This document shows positions 28,418 to 36,651 of a DNA stretch of 64,000 nucleotides, one piece after another (the stretch's first letter is position 1; each line of letters starts with the position of its first letter). The stretch spans positions 21,551 to 85,550 of the forward strand of contig JAMLHN010000004.1 of assembly GCA_023957115.1 (NCBI GenBank), given 5' to 3'. Under the pieces are notes generated by a model. The model ran no database searches and was not told the origin of the DNA. It saw nothing but the letters and a program-made list of their open reading frames with translations. Origin of the DNA: Thermomicrobiales bacterium. GTDB lineage: Bacteria; Chloroflexota; Chloroflexia; Thermomicrobiales; UBA6265. The position numbers were made by a program, and so were the translations under genes.

Positions 28418-29350
28418 ATGATTTCGAACGTCAGTACAGATCCAGATGGGCGGGATTGGTCGTTGCAGACGGATCGTGACCAGTCGCTGCTTACGGCCCA
28501 AGGCTCCCAGCGTCATGGAATGCTGAGGACGATCGTCAGACGGATCGTTCGATCGCCTGGAGGAGCATTCGGGCTGCTGGTGCTGGCGATCCTGATCGTC
28601 TCTGCAATCCTGGCATCGCTGCTGGCGCCGTTCGATCCATACCGAATCGGCGCGGGATTCCCGTTCGAGGCGCCAACATCCACCCATCTGTTTGGAACTG
28701 ACGATCTCGGCCGAGATGTCTTCTCACGTGTCCTCTATGGCGGGCGCATTTCGCTGACGATCGCCATTGCATCCGCGATGGCAGCGTTCGCGGCTGCGGT
28801 TCCGCTCGGCCTGTTGGCAGGGTATCGCGGAGGATGGGTCGATTCGGCGATCTCTCGACTTTTCGATACGATCTTTGCGTTCCCCAGCATTCTGATCGGC
28901 ATCGGTTTCGTGGCCGTGTTCGGAGCGGAGCTGCGAAATGTCGTGATCGCGGTTGCCATCATCAATATTCCGGCACTGGGCCGGTTGACCCGCGTTTCGA
29001 TTCTGAGCCAGCTGAATCAGGAGTATGTCGATGCGGCCCGTTCGATGGGGGCAACGAATCGACGAATCGCCGTTCGGCACATCCTGCCCAATGCCCTGCC
29101 GAGCCTGATCGTCCAGACGGCCATCGTGATGAGCGAGGCCGTTTTGCTCGAAGCGGCGTTCAGCTTCCTGGGTCTGGGAAGCCGTCCCCCTACTCCGTCT
29201 TGGGGCGTGATGCTCAATGAGGGCCGAGCATTTCTGGCACAGGCATGGTGGCTGGGACTTTTTCCCGGAATTGCCATAACGGTCATGGTGCTGGCGTTGA
29301 ACATGCTGAGCGAGGCATTGCGCGCGGCGCTCAGCCCGCGCAACCGGTGA
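28418..29350 (+). CDS. ABC importer permease (DppC-like)
   Basis: GTDDLGRDVFSRVLYGGRISL motif. Confidence 0.9.
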   Translation: MISNVSTDPDGRDWSLQTDRDQSLLTAQGSQRHGMLRTIVRRIVRSPGGAFGLLVLAILIVSAILASLLAPFDPYRIGAGFPFEAPTSTHLFGTDDLGRDVFSRVLYGGRISLTIAIASAMAAFAAAVPLGLLAGYRGGWVDSAISRLFDTIFAFPSILIGIGFVAVFGAELRNVVIAVAIINIPALGRLTRVSILSQLNQEYVDAARSMGATNRRIAVRHILPNALPSLIVQTAIVMSEAVLLEAAFSFLGLGSRPPTPSWGVMLNEGRAFLAQAWWLGLFPGIAITVMVLALNMLSEALRAALSPRNR

Positions 29351-29396
29351 CTTTTCCATCAATCAATGACGCCTGTCGCAAGGAAGGTTCGAAACC

Positions 29397-30404
29397 ATGG
29401 AACGACTCGAGTCTTACCAGGAGAGCAAGCAGCGGGGGGTGCAATGGCTGCTCGAGCAGCTGAACCCCGATGGATCGATTGGTCCGGTCGATGTTGGCTT
29501 CAACTACTACCGTCTTCCCTGGACATTCATCATTTCCGGTGAGACGCGACATTCCGTTCGGTTATGCGAATGGGTGCGTCACAATCAGTTTGCCGAAAAC
29601 GGTGACTTCACCGGCGTTTCGCCACGGGGGCTCGAGGCGTATGCGTATGAGAACGCCGTGTTCATCTTCGGAGCGCAGATGGGACGAGAATTCGATCTCG
29701 CCTATCGTGGCTATGACCGCCTCCTGGCGCATTTCGACCCAATCTCCGGTGGTTTTCGACATCTGCCGGAGGGTTCCGGAATTCCTGCTGACGAGAACAT
29801 TCCCACGGTCGCCCAATGTGGCAAGACCGCATTGATGATGGGAGACATTGAAACCGCGAGGTGCGCCGGCGCCTGGTTTCAGCGGGTCTGGGACGCACAG
29901 CCGGAACTTCCCGACCGTCTCTATTATGTTTGGTCGGCCGAGACGCAATCGCTGGTACTCGAGTATCCCCCTGACCGTGCCGGCCAATACGTCGTGGAGG
30001 CCCAGGGCGAACGCCAACGCTTCACGTGTGGAGGAATCGCGGCGGCGTTTCTGGTACGCCTGTATCAGGCGACCGGGACATCCGAGTATCTCGACCTTGC
30101 GCGGGCGTATCAGACCTTTTCGATGAACTCGACCGAACGGCAGTTCGAGGTTCCCCAGGTCTGCAAGACGGGATGGGGCTCATCGCTCCTCTACGAGGTC
30201 ACCGGTGAGGAGATCTACCGAGACTGGACCGTTCGGCTCGGAGATTTCTATCTTGCCACCCAACATGCCGACGGTCATTGGGAAAATCGCGCTCCGTTCG
30301 ATGACTTTGCCAATCACATCACGGTAACCGCGGAGTTCGTGATGCACCTCGATACGTTGATTGGGGCGTTGTCCCGTCCGCAACCGGCGTCCCCACCAGC
30401 ATGA
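29397..30404 (+). CDS. hypothetical protein, possibly alpha/alpha-toroid (prenyltransferase/terpenoid-cyclase-like repeats)
   Basis: 335 aa, helical-repeat character with QLNPDGSIG and QHADGHWEN (Q-x2-DG-x-W-like) motifs; fold call is tentative. Confidence 0.5.
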   Translation: MERLESYQESKQRGVQWLLEQLNPDGSIGPVDVGFNYYRLPWTFIISGETRHSVRLCEWVRHNQFAENGDFTGVSPRGLEAYAYENAVFIFGAQMGREFDLAYRGYDRLLAHFDPISGGFRHLPEGSGIPADENIPTVAQCGKTALMMGDIETARCAGAWFQRVWDAQPELPDRLYYVWSAETQSLVLEYPPDRAGQYVVEAQGERQRFTCGGIAAAFLVRLYQATGTSEYLDLARAYQTFSMNSTERQFEVPQVCKTGWGSSLLYEVTGEEIYRDWTVRLGDFYLATQHADGHWENRAPFDDFANHITVTAEFVMHLDTLIGALSRPQPASPPA

Positions 30405-31399
30405 AGGTTCTCATTACCGGCGCAGCAGGTCGTATCGGCACGCACCTCACTCGATACGCACTCGAAGCCGGACACGAAATCCGGGCTTTCGTACTGTCTG
30501 ATGATCCAAGGGCGAAGTCGATCCGCCTGCCTGGAGTCGAGATGGTCGAGGGCGATCTTCGCGATCGGGACGCCTTGCAGCGTATCGCGACCGGGGTCGA
30601 CGCCATCTTCCATCTGGCCGGAGCACTCACGTCGCGCGGCAATACCGACCGTGAATTCATCGATCTGAACGTGAACGCGACGTTCGATCTACTGGTTGCT
30701 GCCCGATCCGGATCGCCGAATCTGCAACGGTTCGTTTATGCCAGCAGCGATGCGGTCTATGCCAGTGGCGGAGCGCCCGTTTCCCTGCCCATCGACGAAA
30801 CTGCACCGGTTCAGCCCAGCTCGGTCTACGGAGCCAGCAAAGCCAGCGCGGAACACCTTTGTCTCTCCCTTTGGCGCTCCGAGCGGTTCCCCGTCACGAT
30901 TCTGCGCTTCGGCGCCACATGCGATGCGGATGAGCTGATCGATCCGCAGAGCGTTTTCGCCCGGTGGCTCTATCTCGAGGCGGCACGATCCTTCTTGTCT
31001 GCACAATCCCAGCGCTCGCCAGCGCAGGACGCGACCCTGCGCATCTTGATGGCGCTCGGTACCGGATCGGACCACCTCATTGCGCTGACGGATTTGAACC
31101 AGCAACCAGAGATCCGGCAATGGGGAGACGCCCGCGATGTGGCGCAAGGCTGTCTCCGCACCCTTGGACATTCCGCGGCGGATGGTGAGACCTTCAATCT
31201 TGGCGGAGGAGCTCCATTTACGACACTGGAGCTGTCGACCTATATCAGTCAGCGTACCGGAATGCCGTCGATGAACGCACCGGTGCCAACCGCCAGACCG
31301 CCCTGGTATCTCAGCAGCGCAAAAGCCACCGCTACCCTGGGATATACCCCGCACTCGATCTTCGACATGGTCGACGACGCGCTTGCGGCTCGCGCTTGA
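30401..31399 (+). CDS. NAD-dependent epimerase/dehydratase (extended SDR)
   Basis: MKVLITGAAGRIGTHL Rossmann motif, YGASKASAE (YxxxK); ATGA overlap with the upstream gene. Confidence 0.85.
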   Translation: MKVLITGAAGRIGTHLTRYALEAGHEIRAFVLSDDPRAKSIRLPGVEMVEGDLRDRDALQRIATGVDAIFHLAGALTSRGNTDREFIDLNVNATFDLLVAARSGSPNLQRFVYASSDAVYASGGAPVSLPIDETAPVQPSSVYGASKASAEHLCLSLWRSERFPVTILRFGATCDADELIDPQSVFARWLYLEAARSFLSAQSQRSPAQDATLRILMALGTGSDHLIALTDLNQQPEIRQWGDARDVAQGCLRTLGHSAADGETFNLGGGAPFTTLELSTYISQRTGMPSMNAPVPTARPPWYLSSAKATATLGYTPHSIFDMVDDALAARA

Positions 31400-31467
31400 G
31401 TCCTCTCTGACTCGGGCACAGGCGGACACGGCACATTGAATTACGCAGTCCAGCTTTTGGGGACCAC

Positions 31468-31484
31468 TTCAGGGCCGCCCTGAA
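31468..31484. terminator. 17-bp perfect palindrome TTCAGGGC-C-GCCCTGAA between convergent genes
   Basis: Abuts the isochorismatase stop codon; no U-tract. Confidence 0.3.
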
Positions 31485-32114
31485 CTACGTCACATCGGCT
31501 CCAGGCAGTGGGAGGCCGCGCTCGTTGGGCAAATCCTCGGGGTCTCTCATTGGTAGCGCTGTGCCGGCTCGATCCAGCAACTCTGGGACTTTTGGCGCTC
31601 CGACCGAACGTCGCAGCTCGTAGTGCAGGGTTTTCACCGTCGATGGGATGGCGCCGGCATGCTCCATCCGGCGCAGGGCGGGCGCGGTATTCGGCTCTTC
31701 GCTGAAGAGCGCGTCTTCCAATAGGAAGACGTCGTATCCCATTTCCAGGACCCCGAGCACCGATTGCAGCACGCAGACGTCCGTCTCCCCCCCAGCAACC
31801 GCAAATTGCCGCACCCCCATGCCGGCGATCGCCGCGCGGATCTCTGGCTCACCGGTGCAATCGAAGGTCTGCTTGGTGAGCTTGCGGGCATCCTTGGGGA
31901 ACCATGGCTCCAACCGGCCGGGCAGCCACCCTTTCGTATCGACCGGCTGCTCGAAGGTCGCAATGGTGGGCAGGTGGTAGGCGGTCGCGAGCCCGAGCAG
32001 ATGCTCGATCCGGGTCATGAACGGTTCGAACGCACCGGCCATCCACCCTTCCAGAAAGAACGGTTGCACGTCGATCAGCAGAATTCCGATCGAGCTCGAA
32101 TCGACTCGTTTCAT
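31485..32114 (-). CDS. isochorismatase-family cysteine hydrolase
   Basis: ILLIDVQPFF, VAGGETDVCVLQS (catalytic Cys). Confidence 0.8.
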   Translation of the reverse strand: MKRVDSSSIGILLIDVQPFFLEGWMAGAFEPFMTRIEHLLGLATAYHLPTIATFEQPVDTKGWLPGRLEPWFPKDARKLTKQTFDCTGEPEIRAAIAGMGVRQFAVAGGETDVCVLQSVLGVLEMGYDVFLLEDALFSEEPNTAPALRRMEHAGAIPSTVKTLHYELRRSVGAPKVPELLDRAGTALPMRDPEDLPNERGLPLPGADVT

Positions 32115-32206
32115 TCGCTTCGTCCCTTCTGCACATCTTATGAGGTCATTTTTCCAATGCTACACTCACCATGTAGTCACACTTGTGGCCACATGCGGAG
32201 GCGCCC

Positions 32207-32509
32207 ATGTCATCAGTTGGTGTACGAGAACTCAAGGAACACGCAAGCGAGATCGTCCGGCGGGTGCGCGAGGATGGAGAGACGATCGACATCACATATC
32301 GCGGAGAAATCGTAGCGACGATCGTTCCGAAGGAGCGACCTTCTCAGCAGGAGCTCGATGAATTCTGGAAACGGCAAAAGCGCCTGATTCGGGATATTGC
32401 AGCACATCTGGGCGATGAGCCAATCGATGTTGTGGCTCTCCTGGAAGAGGAACGCAGAGAGTTTACTCCTGACGAGATGCTGCCACCGAACTGGCGTCCC
32501 AGCGAATGA
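32207..32509 (+). CDS. type II antitoxin, Phd/YefM family
   Basis: MSSVGVRELKEHASEIVRRVREDGETIDITYRGEIVATIVP. Confidence 0.75.
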   Translation: MSSVGVRELKEHASEIVRRVREDGETIDITYRGEIVATIVPKERPSQQELDEFWKRQKRLIRDIAAHLGDEPIDVVALLEEERREFTPDEMLPPNWRPSE

Positions 32510-32934
32510 TCGTAGTCGATGCAAGCGTTTGGTTGAGCGCGATTCTGGAGTCCGATATCCATCATCATGAGACGTTACCCTGGAGAACCAGCATCGAACG
32601 CACTGGGGAGCAGATCGCCGTTCCGTCACACTTTCCAGCAGAAGTGGCTGGTGTTCTAAGCCGAACCGGTTCGGACCGGCTTTTTATCACCGGTACGCTC
32701 GACCTCATTGGTGCAGAATCCCTCTTTACGATCTATCCGATCGACGTGCAGTTCGGCTTGGCATGTGCCGAGCTCGCCAATTCGGCCGCTGTCCGAGGTT
32801 CCGACGCGATCTATCTGGCATTGGCACGATTTCTTCAGGTTCCGCTCCTGTCCTGGGACCGACAGCAACGGGAGCGGGGAGCGCTCTTCTGCCGTACCAT
32901 GACGCCAGTTGAAGCGATGGAGATGACAGCATGA
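32506..32934 (+). CDS. vapC: PIN-domain toxin (VapC-like)
   Basis: MIVVDASVWLSAIL, later conserved acidic residues; 4-nt overlap with the antitoxin. Confidence 0.8.
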   Translation: MIVVDASVWLSAILESDIHHHETLPWRTSIERTGEQIAVPSHFPAEVAGVLSRTGSDRLFITGTLDLIGAESLFTIYPIDVQFGLACAELANSAAVRGSDAIYLALARFLQVPLLSWDRQQRERGALFCRTMTPVEAMEMTA

Positions 32935-33779
32935 CGCACCCGATCCGGTTTGGCATCGTATGTGGGCAGCGGGCGAGCTTTGCCGAGCTGTCCGAGCGGA
33001 TCGTCACCACCGAGCAGACCGGCTGGGACAGCTTCGATGTTGTCGACCATTTCTACGGACTGTTCGATGTCATGGAACCGACCCACGAGGCGTACACCAT
33101 GCTGGCGGCGTTGGCTCCGCAGACGAGCCGGGTACGACTCGGGGTCATGGTGGCCGGGAACACCTATCGCAATCCGGTCCTGCTGCTCAAGCAGGCGATG
33201 ACGGTCGACGAGATCTCCGGTGGACGGGTGACCTTTGGGGTCGGCGCCGGGTGGACCCGGCGGGAACATGAGGCCTATAGCTGGCCGTTGCCCGCACCGA
33301 AAGAGCGCGTCGACATGTTCGAGGAAGCGCTCGAGATCTGGAACCTGCTGCAGACAAGAGAACGAGTGACGTACGTCGGCACACACTACGAGCTCATCGA
33401 CGCGCCATTCGAGCCGAAGTCCGCACAAGGAAAGCTGCCGGTGCTGATCGGTGGCAACAAGCCACGCATGCTGCGGTTGGTTGCCCGCTACGCCGATATC
33501 TGGAACTCGCTCGGGGAACCGGAGGATGCCGGGGCGGCCAGTACGCTGCTCGATCAGGCATGCGAACAGGTCGGCCGCGATCCCGCGACGATCGTCCGGT
33601 CGATCAGTCCGGCGCGGGTGTTTCTCGAATCACCGGAAAAGTTCGAGGAGCATTTCCACGCGTATCGCGAGGTTGGGTTCACCGACTTCCGGATTCCCTG
33701 GCCACGCAATCCAGCACAGAAAGAGGTTTTCGACGAGGTCGTGGTCGATCTTCTGCCAAGGTTGCGGGAGACAGCGTAA
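32931..33779 (+). CDS. LLM-class (luciferase-like) flavin/F420-dependent oxidoreductase
   Basis: FDVVDHF, RLGVMVAGNTYRNP, GRVTFGVGAGW blocks; overlaps the vapC stop. Confidence 0.8.
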   Translation: MTHPIRFGIVCGQRASFAELSERIVTTEQTGWDSFDVVDHFYGLFDVMEPTHEAYTMLAALAPQTSRVRLGVMVAGNTYRNPVLLLKQAMTVDEISGGRVTFGVGAGWTRREHEAYSWPLPAPKERVDMFEEALEIWNLLQTRERVTYVGTHYELIDAPFEPKSAQGKLPVLIGGNKPRMLRLVARYADIWNSLGEPEDAGAASTLLDQACEQVGRDPATIVRSISPARVFLESPEKFEEHFHAYREVGFTDFRIPWPRNPAQKEVFDEVVVDLLPRLRETA

Positions 33780-33873
33780 CGAGGGACATCGACTCCCGTA
33801 GCGTCGGCATTCTGAATCATTACGAACCCGATAAGCGTCGTACCCGACCTGCCCGCCGGCCACACCGACGAGC

Positions 33874-33902
33874 GAGATTCTTCCCTGCGGTCAGAATGAC
33901 AA
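33874..33902 (+). repeat. dispersed motif copy GAGATTCTTCCCTGCGGTCAGAATGACAA
   Basis: Shares a 16-nt ACGAGCGAGATTCTTC prefix with the 56906 copy; lies inside a 10-bp long-range inverted repeat (33796-33805 / 33982-33991). Confidence 0.7.
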
Positions 33903-34013
33903 TAGAGCGGAGTCGCGCCATCTTTGAGTCGCTTGCTTTGGCCACGAGAGGGCAGAGCACGCCCTCACCTACGACCGGAGCGACTACGCTACGGGTAGAA
34001 GCCAGGCAATGGC

Positions 34014-35027
34014 TCAGACGTCTTGAGTCAATACGACCTTGGGGACAGGGAGCGGCGACGATTGGGCCATCGACGACGAAACGACGGTTCCTGAAGCTCC
34101 GGTGACCGTGGCGTTTGGGGATTCGTCGACGGTGAGCTGGAAGACGTCGGGGCGCGCGTAGTGTCCGATGACGTCGAGATCGAATTTCCCTCGGGCGATC
34201 TCTCGCAGGTCGAGATCGGCGGTCAGAATCGTTTCGCCCTCGTAGTCGGGTCCGGCGATGATCTCTCCCAACGGGTTCACGATGCAGCTTCCACCCCGGC
34301 TATAGACCGTATCCGGATCGTCGCCGAGCGCGGTGTCATAATCCTCCGGATAGTCGCTGCGGCGCGTGAACTGATTGCAGGAGAGGACGAAACACCGTCC
34401 TTCGACGGCGATATGGCGCATGCTGGCAAGCCAACTATCGCGAGCATCCGCGGTTGGAGCGCAGTAGATCTCGATTCCCTTGGCGTACATGGTGGTCCGC
34501 AGGAGCGGCATATAGTTCTCCCAGCAGATGACCGCGCCAATATTGCCGATAGGCGTGTCGAAGACGGGCATGGTCGATCCATCGCCCTGTCCCCAGACGA
34601 GCCGTTCGGATGCGGTCGGCATCAGCTTGCGATGCTTCCCCATGAGCGTGCCGGCAGGATCGAAAAAGAGAACCGTGCAATAGAGCGTTCCGCCGTCTCG
34701 TTCGATGACTCCGATGACGAGATAGACACCGTTGTCACAGGCAATGTCGCTTAGGGTATCGACGGCTGGACTGGGGATTTCGACGGACGATTCGGAGTAA
34801 CGGCGAAAGAGGTCGCGTCCATCCTCGGTACGAGATCCGACGACTGCACCGAACCCCGCGCCGCGTGGATAGGCCGAGACAAACGCTTCCGGGAAGAGTA
34901 CGAGCTCGGCGCCCTGAGCGCGTGCCTGGCCGGCAAGCATGCGGGTCTTGGCCAGGGTCTGCTCCAGATCGAATGCGACCGGGGCCGCCTGGACGACTGC
35001 AACACGAGTGGTGTGGTCTACCGGCAT
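34014..35027 (-). CDS. nitrilase / carbon-nitrogen hydrolase
   Basis: Catalytic triad context LFPEAF (E), HRKLMPT (K), [11 protein letters not shown] (C). Confidence 0.9.
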   Translation of the reverse strand: MPVDHTTRVAVVQAAPVAFDLEQTLAKTRMLAGQARAQGAELVLFPEAFVSAYPRGAGFGAVVGSRTEDGRDLFRRYSESSVEIPSPAVDTLSDIACDNGVYLVIGVIERDGGTLYCTVLFFDPAGTLMGKHRKLMPTASERLVWGQGDGSTMPVFDTPIGNIGAVICWENYMPLLRTTMYAKGIEIYCAPTADARDSWLASMRHIAVEGRCFVLSCNQFTRRSDYPEDYDTALGDDPDTVYSRGGSCIVNPLGEIIAGPDYEGETILTADLDLREIARGKFDLDVIGHYARPDVFQLTVDESPNATVTGASGTVVSSSMAQSSPLPVPKVVLTQDV

Positions 35028-35090
35028 CCAATACTCCTCCGATGAAACTGGGGACCGTGGGTCAGCGCACGCGGCGATTCGTGTCCACGA

Positions 35091-36311
35091 TCAGCCTGCG
35101 GGCGTTGCCGCGGGAACCGGGGTGCCCGCCGGCGCGGCGGTTGGGCTTCCGGGTGGAACAGCCGCTGGAGCCTTGTACGGCGCGGCCCCCTCGCACATCC
35201 CGCCGTCGAATGTCGACAGATCGACGGTGAGATTGGATGCACTGGCAGGGATGCGCAGGATCAGCCCGGACTGTGCGTTCTCCCCATAGGCCGGCAGCGA
35301 GACATAGAAGGCGCCATCAGGACCGATGCGAAGGTCGATTGGGAACTCCAATCCATAGGCGACGATGTCGTAGCTGTCGACTCCCGTCTGCTTCAGCAGG
35401 CGTCCGGTTCCGGGACGCATGCCGTCCGGCCCTCCGTTGCCGGTCGCCATTTCGAGCGCATAGAGCTGGTTGTTGCTATCGAGCGCCAGACCGGTCAGGA
35501 CGGTCAGATTGGTCCAGACCCGCTGGATATTGCCTGTACGGTCGATGCGCACGACCTCGGCCGCGCCATCGGCATGCGGCGCGGGGGTGAGATTGCCGAC
35601 ATAGATACCCCCCTGTCCGTCGAGGGTCATGGCCGCAAGGATGGGATGCCCAAGGGAGAGATCCGCCACCCGGGTGATCGATTTGTCCATGGCGATGAAG
35701 AAGACCAGACTGCGGTTGGAATCGATCAGCCAGAATCCATCGCCGTCATAGAGGAATCGATAGGGCTCGGCCAGCTCATTGGCATCGCCCGGCATATCGA
35801 TTGGTGGATAGGCATCGATGTACGAGGTCAGGTCGAGCCAAAGTGAGACGGAACCGTCCTGCCCGGCGGTGTAGATACCGTTCGGCATCGGGGGGGTCGG
35901 GCTTCCGTGACCGTAGAGTCCGGTGGCCGTCTGCAATACATACATCTGCGGTCCGACGAACTGCACATCCATCGGACCGAGCACGTCCTTGAAGGGGTCG
36001 AAGGTGGACGGGAGCCCGGTGGCGGCGGGAACGGGACAGCCATCGACAATTTTCACCACCGACGAGGCTGCTCCCACCGCGGCTTCGGACGAACCGGGTC
36101 CCGATTGGGCGACATAGAGCACACCGTCCGGTCCCCAGGTGAATCCACGCGGCGCGGAGAGTCCGGTGGCGACCGCGGTGATTTCCGTATCCGTCTCCGG
36201 AGTGGCAACCGGCGACGCGTCCTGCGCCGAAGTTGTTGTCATCGAAACCAATGAGAGGGCAAGCACGAGCGCGAGCGCAGCGGCGGTGCGCAGGGACGAG
36301 AAAAACGACAT
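35091..36311 (-). CDS. secreted beta-propeller protein (ScyD/ScyE- or NHL/SMP-30-like) with Pro/Ala-rich tail
   Basis: Signal peptide, repeated GxxxGPDGxLYV-type blades, C-terminal PAAVPPGSPTAAPAGTPVPAATPAG. Confidence 0.55.
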   Translation of the reverse strand: MSFFSSLRTAAALALVLALSLVSMTTTSAQDASPVATPETDTEITAVATGLSAPRGFTWGPDGVLYVAQSGPGSSEAAVGAASSVVKIVDGCPVPAATGLPSTFDPFKDVLGPMDVQFVGPQMYVLQTATGLYGHGSPTPPMPNGIYTAGQDGSVSLWLDLTSYIDAYPPIDMPGDANELAEPYRFLYDGDGFWLIDSNRSLVFFIAMDKSITRVADLSLGHPILAAMTLDGQGGIYVGNLTPAPHADGAAEVVRIDRTGNIQRVWTNLTVLTGLALDSNNQLYALEMATGNGGPDGMRPGTGRLLKQTGVDSYDIVAYGLEFPIDLRIGPDGAFYVSLPAYGENAQSGLILRIPASASNLTVDLSTFDGGMCEGAAPYKAPAAVPPGSPTAAPAGTPVPAATPAG

Positions 36312-36364
36312 CGTTGGCTCCTGGGATCGAAGTCGGAATCGTTAGCGCGATGGTACCGGGTTTT

Positions 36365-36420
36365 TGGGGAGTTGGGAATTGGGAGCGAGGAGTTAGGAGT
36401 TGGGATTTAGGAGTTAGGAA
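36365..36420. repeat. heptamer array, 8 units (TGGGGAG TTGGGAA TTGGGAG CGAGGAG TTAGGAG TTGGGAT TTAGGAG TTAGGAA)
   Basis: 7-nt periodicity; 36387-36420 is the left arm of a 34-bp inverted repeat. Confidence 0.85.
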
Positions 36421-36541
36421 TGATGGGTATCGAGTCCAAGCTCAGGAATCCAGAGAACATAGTGTTGATTGTCTCGGGTGGAACTGGAAGGGCTTTCTCC
36501 CCAGATGACTGTCCTCACTTTCTTGACACACACCAGGTTCG

Positions 36542-36576
36542 TTCCTAGCTCCTAAATCCCAACTCCTAACTCCTCA
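36542..36576. repeat. heptamer array, inverted orientation (TTCCTAG CTCCTAA ATCCCAA CTCCTAA CTCCTCA)
   Basis: The reverse complement of 36542-36575 matches 36387-36420 at 33/34 positions. Confidence 0.85.
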
Positions 36577-36651
36577 CAAGTACTCCTCACAAATACCGAA
36601 CGGGCAGGCGCGTGGCCTGCCCGTTCGATGCAGCTGTGTGTTGTCGAATCG

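Noticed and set aside
36523-36528. TTGACA hexamer inside the inverted-repeat core as a promoter
   Set aside because: No acceptable -10 box lies at 16-19 nt, and it points away from both neighbouring (minus-strand) genes.
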